Below, piece by piece: positions 50,302-61,597 of a stretch of DNA of 64,000 nt. The stretch's first letter is position 1; each line of letters opens with the position of its first letter. This DNA comes from Macrostomum hystrix (taxonomy: Eukaryota; Animalia; Platyhelminthes). The notes under the pieces were generated by a model. The model searched no databases. It was not told the DNA's origin and worked only from the letters and a program-made list of their open reading frames with translations. The translations under genes were made by a program, and so were the position numbers. The stretch is from NCBI GenBank assembly GCA_950097015.1, contig CATNEN010000024.1, forward strand, positions 5,084,001-5,148,000, read 5' to 3'.

Positions 50302-53273
50302 TTAGTTCATCTTGAGCGGGTCGAACTCAAAATCGGCGTCTAGAGGCCCGAAGCCCAGCCGCATCAGATCCTGCTGGGCCTGCGAAGCGGCCGTGGGCGG
50401 AGCGGCCAGCGGAGCAGCGGATGCCGCCGGCGTCGGGACAAACGGTGAGCCAAAGATTGAATCGGAGTTAAAGCCGCCAGGCTGCTGCTGCTGCTGGACG
50501 CCGCTGCCGCCGAACGGATTCGGAGCTGGTCTCGTAGGCAGAGGCGGCTGCTGCTGGTTCACTGGAGCCCAGCTCTGACCGGCGTCAAAGTCCAAGATCA
50601 TCTGCGGCTGGCTGGCAGCAGGCGCAGCGGCGGCCGCGGCTGTCTGCAGAAGCGGCTTCGCCGGCGTAGTAGAAGCTGCTGCGGCGGCTGCGGGCGGCGT
50701 TGGCGCTTTCAGCGCGGCAGACGGAGTCGAGACGTCGACGGAAGGCTGAAGATTGAAAATTTTATCTTTAGGTTTAAAGATCCTAAGATAGGTTTAAACC
50801 ATTTGAAACAGTTCTAGATGTCTGACACACACAACTCAAGCTGTCTGACACACACAACTCAAGCTGTCTGACACACACAACTCAAGCTGTCTGACGCACA
50901 CAACTCAAGCTGTCTGACACACACAACTCAAGCTGTCTGACACACACAATTCAAGCTGTCTGACACACACAACTCAAGCTGTCTGACACACACAACTCAA
51001 GCTGTCTGACACACACAACTCAAGCTGTCTGACACACACAACTCAAGCTGCCTGACACACACAACTCAAGCTGTCAGACACACACAACTCAAGCTGTCTG
51101 ACACACACAACTCAAGCTGTCAGACACACACAACTCAAGCTGTCTGACGCACACAACTCAAGCTGTCTGACACACACAACTCAAGCTGTCTGACACACAC
51201 AACTCAAGCTGTCTGACACACACAACTCAAGCTGCCTGACACACACAACTCAAGCTGTCAGACACACACAACTCAAGCTGTCTGACACACACAACTCAAG
51301 CTGTCTGACACACACAACTCAAGCTGTCTGACACACACAACTCAAGCTGCCTGACACACACAACTCAAGCTGTCTGACACACACAACTCAAGCTGCCTGA
51401 CACACACAACTCAAGCTGTCTGACACACACAACTCAAGCTGTCTGACACACACAACTCAAGCTATCTGACACACAGAACTCAAGCTGTCGGACACACAGA
51501 ACTCAAGCTGTCGGACACACACAACTCAAGCTGTCGGACACACACAACTCAAGCTGTCGGACACACACAACTCAAGCTGTCGGACACACACAACTCAAGC
51601 TGTCTGACACACACAACTCAAGCTGTCTGACGACACAACTCAAGGAAAAGCAGGTCGCTCACCTGAGTTACCATAGTGTGTGGCGCATTTCCTTTTTCAA
51701 CAGCGTCCAATCCGCGAATCTCAGTCACCTCCGTGATGTTTAGCAGACGCAGAAAGTCAGTAAGCTTGTCCGTCGGCAATAGCTCGCTCATCTGCTTCAG
51801 CCTTGACCGGTAGATGTCTACCTGTTCTTTGAGACTCTGCAATTTTAAACACAGTGAGACATTCAAACTATGATCAGTGAAAAGCAATTAAAAAGTAGAG
51901 ATTGAGCAGCTAAGAATGTAAGCCTCACCACTTTGGGAATCTTTCCCTCTTTAATGCGCATCTCGTAGGCCAAATCGAAGGCCTGATTCAGCGTTAGCAC
52001 CATGTCGCGAGTCTAAAAAGGCGAAACAACTAAATTACCTTCTATCAGCTATTTCTATTTATATAACGCCCTCTGTATATCACAATAGCTTGATTGAAAC
52101 ACGAAAGTTGAAACTTTTTTATTTGACCAGCTACATATATAGTCATTACTTGGGCTCATCATTTGGTCTCTACAGTAGCTGATAATTTGTTCAATACAAT
52201 AGGTCATGATTTGGTCATTAAAGTAGCTAATAACCTGGTCATTGCATAAGCTAATGAGTTGGTCATTAAAGTAGCTAATAACCTGGTCATACATAAGCTA
52301 ATTATTTGGTCATTAAAGTAGCTAAAAACCTGGTCATACATAAGCTAATTATTTGGTCATTAAAGTAGCTAATAACCTGGTCATACATAAGCTAATGAGT
52401 TGGTCATTAAAGTAGCTAATAACCTGGTCATTACATAAGCGAATGAGTTGGTCATTAAAGTAGCTAATAACCTGGTCATTACATAAGCTAATGATTTAGC
52501 TAATAACTTGGTCATTACATAAGCTAATGATTTGGTCATTAAAGTAGCTAATAACCTGGTCATTACATAAGCTAATGATTTAGCTAATAACTTGGTCATT
52601 ACATAAGCTAATGATTTGGTCATTAAAGTAGCCAATAACCTGGTCATCACATAAGCTAATGATTTGTTCATTAAAGTAGCCAATAACCTGGTCATTACAT
52701 AAGCTAATGATTTGGTCATTAAAGTAGCCAATAACCTGGTCATCACATAAGCTAATGATTTGTTCATTAAAGTAGCTAATAACCTAGCCATAACAAAGGC
52801 CAATGATTGGGCTATATGTTTATCCACCCCAGTGCAATGCAGTTTGCTAACCTTATTGATATCGTGCTTGAACAGGGTGCACTCAAACTCCGGTTTATCA
52901 GCTGGCTTCGGTGGCGAAGTCTCGTAGATGATGGCCAAATAGTGCCGGTCGCTAGGATCCCTGGCTATGTACGAAATCTTCTCAATTGGCACTTTCATCA
53001 TGTGGGTCTTGGTGACCACTTCTTCGCCGCTGTAGACCTCGACGCCCTGGACGGAGATGTGAACGGTCACCATGGGAGCCTGCTTAACGCCAGACTCTTT
53101 GCGCCTAGCCTTGCCTTCGCGCATCTTCTCGCAGGCCTTCTGCACAACTGGCAAGCCCTTCGGCTCGGCCACAGAATAAGTACCTTCGAATTTACATTGG
53201 AACACTACGCCATCACGGCGGCGCAGATCCTCGTCCGGGTGCAGCCTCAGGTTGGCTTGGTTGTCAGGAACGG
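50302..53273 (-). CDS. CED-6/GULP1-like PTB-domain adaptor with coiled coil and Pro/Ala-rich tail; 5' end unresolved (candidate ATG at 54475)
   Basis: Exons 53273-52852, 52012-51929, 51836-51663, 50745-50302 in phase. PTB: LHPDEDL..FQCKFEG..EPKG..RKESGVK..ISYIARDPSD..TLNQAFDLAY, followed by a heptad-like SLKEQVDIYRSRLKQM. Confidence 0.72.
50820..51642. repeat. 23-bp minisatellite (tgacacacacaactcaagctgtc)
   Basis: Tandem copies in a CED-6-like intron. Confidence 0.95.
52165..52790. repeat. 48-bp minisatellite (gtcattacataagctaatgatttggtcattaaagtagctaataacctg)
   Basis: Tandem copies in a CED-6-like intron. Confidence 0.9.
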
Positions 53274-53314
53274 CTGGGTTAATTTGTGAAAAGGTAGGGA
53301 TAATAGAGTAATTA

Positions 53315-53625
53315 TTTTTTATTACAACTGCCATAATCAGGCCAGATGTGCAGCCGATAGCACAGCCGGCTATGCCTTGACTTGCCTAAATTCGTTCCAG
53401 TGGAGTCGGGAATCGAACCCCCGACCTTTATTAAGTCATGAGTCCGACACTCTAACCAAAGGCTAAGGCTAACCAGGTAGGAGGCGATTGTGCACATTCC
53501 GCTGACTCCTGAGCACAAACTCAAACAGATGTGTGAATCTGCCGTGCATTATCGATCAGGAATCGAGCTCAGGTACTTAGGTGTAACAGAGGAAAATGCG
53601 TTAACCACTCCGCCACTCAACTAGC
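53315..53625 (-). mobile_element. Chimeric SINE: 3'-truncated family B followed by internally deleted family A
   Basis: Minus strand reads tggcggagtgg..gagctcgattcc..gctcaggagtcagcggaatg..aatcgcctcc (B), then gtcggactcatgactt..ggttcgattcccgactccactggaac..ggctgtgctatcggctgcacatctggcc (A head plus tail). Confidence 0.72.
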
Positions 53626-55014
53626 CTCTGAGCTCACACTTTCCTCTACTCTCATAGGTTCATTTCCGGTCTTAGAAATCTCATTTGTGAGGCTGTTTTA
53701 ATAGAAATTAAAAAAACGGAACTTACCCATGCTTTATCAGTTTCTACTGTCGCTGTTGCAGAACCTTGGAGTTCAAATTTTATCAGATTTACTGCAACAA
53801 AAAACAATGTTAAACGATTAGCATAGCAAATTATATGTATAACTCCTATGTTTGGGTACACTCTAGAAGAAGTTTTTTCTGTCTATTATAAACTGTCAAA
53901 GAAAAGATGAATTCAAGCAATATTATATTGATTATTATAATAGATTTTTATATAGAAAGTAGATTTTACTCAACAAAAAAACACAAAAATGGAATGTCAT
54001 GAGTGAAGAGTAACAATAAAAAAGTAATTATCCAGAAAAAGTATAGAAACTATATAACAATTACTTAAAGTAGAGATTCTAAAGCGAAGGAAGTTCTCAA
54101 TAAAGATAGGATAAATAAACTTTTGTATATCTAAAACCACACAGTTAGGAAGCATTGAAATATCGAGGTACTGGGCGGAAGCTGTCTCACATGTAAAAGA
54201 AAACTCAATAAATTATGGTAGCAAGGTGCGCCGTGTAAACATATCAACAGATAGCTTGTCTGTTTTGAGTTTAGGGCTTAAGGAGTTGTGAGTTGTTTGT
54301 CGATGTACTTTATTAAGTCACTCGAATTCAAAGAAACTGATTTAACAGTAGAACTACCGAAGGGGTGAATTTCCCAATTTTTTGTGCTGCACCTGAACGG
54401 AACAACGCAAAACGCAAGAACGCAAAACGCAAGAACACAAAACTCAAGAACACGGGCCAACTTTTTGTTACGCATCTTCTGAAACAATAATCAAGTCGTC
54501 AGCTCTTCAGATCGTCGAGATATTCAATGTTTCTGGCCGAAGGTCTGGTTTTTCCCATAAGCGCTAGTGTATTTCATACACCACTATACACGAACTAGAA
54601 CAGCGCCTCAGTGCGGCCTTGCAACGCATTCAAAATTTCTCAGCATGTCACCCGAATGTGCCTGCATCATCTCCGTCTTCGGTGGTCACCTAGACGGATC
54701 TAGACGGATTTGCTGGACCTTCAAGGGCTACAAAGAGTGGAAATAGGCCACTATGGACACCCTAACGCGAATTTTTCCAATTTCACTGATCAAGCCTAAA
54801 TATTAGGCGCAGCTGAACCACAGGACACCATTATCTAGTCCGTCAATCAGTCAGTCAGCACACAACGCTGTTAGCATTCAGGCGCTGCCAAAAAATTACC
54901 CACCCCTTGGGTATAAAAATGGGTGGCAAAATGGATTGGTAGTGCTACTGTTAAATTTTGAAAATGGCTTCACGAGGCATGGCTGTACATGATGGTTATC
55001 AGAATTAAAAATAT

Positions 55015-56492
55015 TCAATTCTGATCCACAGACACCTCGGGCGCTTCCTGTTCGTCAACGTACAGGGTTTGCACAATGCTGCCAAGCCGATGGCCGCTAG
55101 ACACTGCCCGAATGTAGCAGGCGTGATCGCCAATTGTAAAGTGCGTCTCAGAGCCATTGTCAGTGAATTCGCCCTAGAATGAAAATAAAACTAACTTGAA
55201 TTAGGAACACTTCAAGACAGAAACTCTGTCATCATATTGGCAGTGGGCTGTGGCAAATGACAAATTCTTTGGCGAAAGTAGACCATTCTAGCCATTCCCA
55301 TGACCCAATTGGCCATTCCATTGACCCAATTGGCCATTCCACTGACCCCATTGGCCATTCCACTGACCCCATTGGCCATTCCACTGACCCCATTGGCCAT
55401 TCCACTGACCCCATTGGCCATTCCACTGACCCCATTGGCCATTCCACTGACCCCATTGGCCATTCCACTGACCCCAGTGGCCATTCCACTGACCCCATTG
55501 GCCATACCACTGACCCCATTGACCATTCCGCTGACCCCATTGACCATTCCGCTGACCCCATTGGCCATACCACTGACCCCATTGACCATTCCGCTGACCC
55601 CATTGACCATTCCGCTGACCCCATTGACCATTCCGCTGACCCCATTGACCATTCCGCTGACCCCATTGGCCATACCACTGACCCCATTGACCATTCCGCT
55701 GACCCCATTGACCCACAGACCTGGGCTATACGCACACATCAAATCATACAGGTGTGTACATCTGCCCTTGACTTTCTCATCATCAGGCGGTATACAGAGG
55801 TTATTGGAAAACTTTATTAGAAAAGAAGCGAATTAAAACAAAGTCTAAGTGCCTGGATGTCACTGTCACGACTTTTGTCTCCTCTCTCTCCACTCTCGTC
55901 TGTTTATCATTTACTACCGCCTTCTCATTGGTCCGCCTCTCACCCTCTAGCCTCTGTACGAGAGTCACACGAGCGACCGCTTCTTCAGGAAAAAAATTGT
56001 TAATATTCGAACACTACTTACAGCAGTCTCAACAATACGCCCATCAACGTAGACATCCAATGAATCTTTCTCTAGCACAACGCGTGTGACTCGACCGTCA
56101 ACAACTGGAAGCCAGCATTTTAGTGTGCGACTTTGACTTTCAACGAAGCTTGTCAAAGATTTGCCGTTGACAATAATTTTATACTCGTAGTTAAAATCGT
56201 CAGTGGCACAGATTTGAATGGTGCAGGGCACGTTGCGGATCTTGAAGTGCTCGGTGCCAACTAGTTTGAACATAAAGTCCTCTCGTTTGACGCACTGCCG
56301 ATTTGAAAAAGATAATCATTTTAATTACAATCCATCTTAGAAGCGGTAAAACCACATCTATGACAAAAACTCGATTGAGCGACAACTCACCTCTCCATCA
56401 ACATAGATTGCTCTCCGACCAGATGTAGTACCGTGGTCAAACTCCACAATGTGTATTTTATCACTAAGTGGCACTTCCCATCGGGCGGTCAT
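55015..56492 (-). CDS. FAIM: Fas apoptotic inhibitory molecule 1, 177 aa
   Basis: Exons 56492-56391, 56294-56022, 55173-55015: WEVPLSDKIHIVEFDHGTTSGRR...MFKLVG...NGKSL...VVLEKD...ETAGEFTDNGSETHF. Confidence 0.95.
55292..55715. repeat. 21-bp minisatellite (ccattggccattccactgacc)
   Basis: Tandem copies in FAIM intron 2. Confidence 0.94.
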
Positions 56493-56631
56493 ATTTTCAA
56501 TTGCGGCTCGACCTCAAATACGTTCGTTAAGCCGATTAAATATCTTCCAGACACACCTGAAAAATTAGACATTTGGCTTTCTTAGTTGGCCTTTGCACCA
56601 GACACCTTGGTCTGGTTCTCCTGTGTCCTGT

Positions 56632-57360
56632 GAGACCCAAATGCTGCCTTGCTCTGTCACCCCTTTGAGACCCAAATGCTGCCTTGCTCTGTCACCCCTT
56701 TGAGACCCAAATGCTTCCTTGCTCTGTCACCCCTTTGAGACCCAAATGCTGCCTTGCTCTGTCACCCCTTTGAGACCCAAATGCTGCCTTGCTCTGTCAC
56801 CCCTTTGAGACCCAAATGCTGCCTTGCTCTGTCACCCCTTTGAGACCCAAATGCTGCCTTGCTCTGTCACCCCTTTGAGACCCAAATGCTGCCTTGCTCT
56901 GTCACCACTGTGAGACCCAAATGCTGCCTTGCTCTGTCACCCCTTTGAGACCCAAATGCTGCCTTGCTCTGGTCCACTGAGACCCAAATGCTGCCTTGCT
57001 CTGTCACCCCTTTGAGACCCAAATGCTGCCTTGCTCTGTCACCCCTTTGAGACCCAAATGCTGCCTTGCTCTGTCACCACTGTGAGACCCAAATGCTGCC
57101 TTGCTCTGGTCCACTGAGACCCAAATGCTGCCTTGCTCTGTCACCACTGTGAGACCCAAATGCTGCCTTGCTCTGTCACCCCTGTGAGACCCAAATTCTG
57201 CCTTGCTCTGTCACCCCTTTGAGACCCAAATGCTGCCTTGCTCTGGTACCCCTGTGAGACCCAAATGCTGCCTTGCTTTGGTCCACTGAGACCCAAATAC
57301 TGCCTTGCTCTGGTACCCCTGTGAGACCCGAATGCTGCCTTGCTCTGACACCCCTGTGGG
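56632..57360. repeat. 35-bp minisatellite (gagacccaaatgctgccttgctctgtcaccccttt)
   Basis: Tandem copies between SNRPD3 and FAIM. Confidence 0.94.
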
Positions 57361-57737
57361 ACCGTAATCATATTCTGGTCCCCATAAAATACAAGACATA
57401 AAAGTTTTCCGGATATTCCTATAAAACAGACCACACACACACTTAGGCAACTGTATTTTTTGTTTAACTTGACTTGATTTTTTATTGCAATGAATCAATT
57501 TACAGTACCAATGATGTGGCAAAACATGAACAAACTAGTTACATTAAGTCATCGGTTTCAGTTAGAAAATAGACATTGATCAAAGCGTAAGGTTTACTGC
57601 GATGTAAAAGCGTAACATTTTGTGTAATTAGCTAGTCATTATGCTTGACTTCTAAACAACCAACAGCTGACGGATTTTTTTCGAGCCCACTTTCCCTACT
57701 AAGAAATAAAAAACCTGTTTTTAAATAAACGCATGAA

Positions 57738-58157
57738 TTAAAATCCGCCACGACCGCCACGACCGCCTCTGCCACCGCCTGGGCCGCCGCCTGGGCCGCC
57801 GCGACCGCCACGACCGCCACCGCCGCCGCGGAAGCCGCCCCGGCCGCGGTGCATCATTGTCTTGCCGCGGCCCATGCCTAAGCCTTTAGTGCCGGTCGTT
57901 CGTTTGAACATCGGCGCATTCTTCAGCATGTCCGGCAGAATGAAAAATCTAACCTTGGAGCCGCGCAAGAAGATGTTCTCAAGGTGAGCAACTCGACCGT
58001 CGCGAAATGTCACGGTGACGTCGGACATTTGACAGTTCATGTTCTCTTCGGCTTCAATTAGAAGGCCGCGGTACATTTCGCCAGTGTCCATTTCGCAGGT
58101 GATCACGTGACCTTCCGCTTCGTGCAGCAACTTCGACGGCACTCCTAGTAGAGTCAT
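57738..58157 (-). CDS. SNRPD3: Small nuclear ribonucleoprotein Sm D3, single coding exon
   Basis: [57 protein letters not shown] plus an RG-rich tail. Confidence 0.97.
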   Translation of the reverse strand: MTLLGVPSKLLHEAEGHVITCEMDTGEMYRGLLIEAEENMNCQMSDVTVTFRDGRVAHLENIFLRGSKVRFFILPDMLKNAPMFKRTTGTKGLGMGRGKTMMHRGRGGFRGGGGGRGGRGGPGGGPGGGRGGRGGRGGF

Positions 58158-58285
58158 GATTGCCGATTGAACGGAATGCGCTGAAAGACGAAACGGCGAT
58201 TATTTGCTGGAATTTCCTGTACACACGTTGCCTACAACTGCCAGTGCCTCCTAGCTTAATAGACAACCTCGTTTCTAAGAAATAC

Positions 58286-59172
58286 CGTGAGGTGTGGCTT
58301 CAGGACAGTCATTAAACACTCGGTGAGGTCTGGCTTCAGGACAGTCATTAAACACTCGGTGAGGTGTGGCTTCAGGACAGTCATTAAACACTCGGTGAGG
58401 TGTGGTGTCAGGACAGTCATTAAACACTCGGTGAGGTGTGGTGTCAGGACAGTCATTAAACACTCGGTGAGGTGTGGTGTCAGGACAGTCATTAAACACT
58501 CGGTGAGGTGTGGTGTCAGGACAGTCATTAAACACTCGGTGAGGTGTGGTGTCAGGACAGTCATTAAACACTCGGTGAGGTGTGGTGTCAGGACAGTCAT
58601 TAAACACTCGGTGAGGTGTGGTGTCAGGACAGTCATTAAACACTCGGTGAGGTGTGGTGTCAGGACAGTCATTAAACACTCGGTGAGGTGTGGTGTCAGG
58701 ACAGTCATTAAACACTCGGTTAGGTCTGGCTTCAGGACAGTCATTAAACACTCGGTGAGGTGTTTTGTCAGGACAGTCATTAAACACTCGGTGAGGTGTG
58801 TTTTCAGGACAGTCATTAAACACTCGGTGATGTGTGGTGTCAGGACAGTCATTAAACACTCGGTGAGGTCTGGCTTCAGGACAGTCATTAAACACTCGGT
58901 GATGTGTGGTGTCAGGACAGTCATTAAACACTCGGTGAGGTCTGGCTTCAGGACAGTCATTAAACACTCGGTGAGGTGTGGTGTCAAGACAGTCATTAAA
59001 CACTCGGTGAGTTGTGGTGTCAGGACAGTCATTAAACACTCGGTGAGTTGTGGTGTCAAGACAGTCATTAAACACTCGGTGAGGTGTGAATTCAGGACAG
59101 TCATTAAACACTCGGTGAGGTGTGAATTCAGGGCAGTCATTAAACACTCGGTGAGGTGTGAATTCAGGGCAG
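58286..59172. repeat. 36-bp minisatellite (ggacagtcattaaacactcggtgaggtgtggtgtca)
   Basis: Tandem copies upstream of SNRPD3. Confidence 0.95.
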
Positions 59173-61597
59173 TAAGTAACCACATAAGCCCTAGATTCTA
59201 CTACGAGCCTAACAACAAAACGCTATGTAAAAAAACTAGCAAAAAACTAAAAAATATATATATCAGCATATAGGCCGCCAAAGTGAAACGTGTACAAAGC
59301 ATTGCGAAACGCTTCGAAATAACTGTTATTAATCAGAATATTGTTGTTGAAGATGGCGTAACAAAGATAAAGAGGCATAAATAGCGACAGGAAGGGTGGT
59401 GTCATTGGGTGAATGATTAAACTTCTGAGTTAAATTAAAAAACAACAAGTTGGCTTTCTTCTCTTAGATTTTTACCCTTTTTGTAAGTGTTAAAAACATT
59501 AAGACTACAATACATTAACTCACAAACATCAGGAGTATAAATTGCTATGCAAAAAACTAACATATTTTGTATATATACTGTATATAATAAGTACTACAGA
59601 TACCAGATTTCTCAATTTTACTTCGTACACGTACATTAGATATCTACATCTATAGATGTACGTGTTTAATGTCTATAAATAGACGCATATAAATAAATAA
59701 ATATATCTCTTTCTTAAGCCTTCGGTCACAGGAAACAACAAACTGAGGAAATGTTTTACAGCCAGAAGAAAACAACAAATGAATCTAAACAACAAAACGA
59801 CAATCAGGACAATAGAAACTATCAAACTTTCACTAATTATCTGTTAATTCTCATTAACTGAATGAAAAAAAACTGATAAAATGTTTGAAGCACCGACCAA
59901 TACGCAAATAAGCTGCGAAAAAAGATAATTAGCAACAGTAACAAGGCGGCTACCAAGGCCCGGTACTTCTACTTGAAGAAGAAAAACAAAGAGAAAAAGT
60001 GCATTTGCTGCGTCGGAGTGCTGTTTTATTGGTAAGCTTAAGATCTAAGAGTAATTTTAGAAACTAACAATAATTTAAAACGTTATTGACGAGAGCAATG
60101 ACCAATTAGACATTTAGCTTGTGGTAGCTTCCTCACATTTGAATGAATCATTTAAAATGTACCTTTGTGATTTCTACTATGCCAACCTTACTACTTTTCA
60201 TTAGGCATGGTGGAACATTTGACTATTATGCGGAATACAAAATCTGACTGCAATTTCTCTACTTTAGAGGATGGCCAAAAAACTTCAAGGATTCTGTTAA
60301 ATTAGAGAAAACTAGCTTAACACAATTTAAGGCACAATGAGCCACTTAAATATATTAACAATAGATATAAATAAGGTGAACAAAAAACTGAAGTCTTAAA
60401 TTATCAAACAGCAACAGGCCATACGCAATTATTTTAATTATGCGGAGAAAAAAAGTTAAAAAAAATTACGTTAGGATTAAGTATGCACATGTGATAATAT
60501 AAGCAAATGAATGAGTACATAAGTAGCAAATATTTGGTAAGGCGAATTATAAGCAAATAAAAAATGATCATTTACTATACATTTATAGATATATAGAATA
60601 TACACAGACAGGCGTGCGGACAAACTACTCACAGTAGTATTATTTCATTTTATAGTGGTATGCAGGTTGTTACACATTTTATGCAGTAGTTGTGACAGCC
60701 GCCAAATCTACTCGTATATAAACAAGATTCGATTACAATGCAATCTAGTTTGCTTTGATGAAAAATGCCCGCTCGCGTTTTCTATTGAAAAGTAGGTAGA
60801 AATAATTGGTGGATTATTGGAACACAGAATTTGCTAATACAATCATATTTTATTAGTTCGCTTAAATAAATTGGCACTTTCTTACACTATTTCTACTATA
60901 ACTTGCTCATTAATTTACAAATACAAAAGAATAAAATTTTCTAATACAGATGTTAAGTTAGCCGCGGAAAATTATTTACATATTTTATTTTTTTACACGC
61001 AAATAACATTACGCAAAATTTGAACACAGAACAATTGGAATCTATTTACTAGACATTGCTAACTAAGAAATCTATTAAACTATCAGTTTTCATGCAAATA
61101 CAAGGATCAACAGTATGACAGACAGGATGAAAAGCTCACAATTTTTGGAACAAAAAAAACTATTTAGGCTATATTGTAAAATAACAATTTCCATCTATTC
61201 TAACAGTCACTTGTCATAAGCTTAAGGAAAAAGAAATTATTAAGAGCAATTTATTCCTACAAACAGAGCAAATATATTGTATTTCTAGGATAACATAATT
61301 GTGCAGTTCTATAATCTGAATTCAAAATTCGGATTCCAAGTTTTTTACTTCGAAATTTCGGAATTAACTATGAAGCAAATTTAAGTTTGTCGATCGTGCT
61401 AGACAATATTAGAAAAAAATTCTCTGTGCAAAAAATTGAAAACGAAATACACAACATACCAATAAAACTAACTTACGGAGGGCGACAAATGGCCAAGCAA
61501 AAGCATAAAAAACTAATAAATCAAACCAAACGGCCAACTACCAAGCGCTGCCTTTTGTTGTGCTGATAATGTTGATTAATTGTAAACCGCCTCATTC

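Noticed and set aside
1884-59172. CRISPR arrays (units of 20-37 bp)
   Set aside because: Units are directly adjacent with no unique spacers, no cas genes are present, and the context is eukaryotic.
43835-59273. Repeat ORFs at 43.8-44.7, 55.2-55.8 and 58.3-59.3 kb, and the repeat tail of ORF 52381-53334
   Set aside because: Translations of intronic or intergenic arrays; the real CED-6-like exon ends at the 52852 donor.
59200-61500. Hidden gene in the AT-rich stretch between SNRPD3 and MPP8-like
   Set aside because: No ORFs or exon-like composition; consistent with 3' UTR or intergenic DNA.
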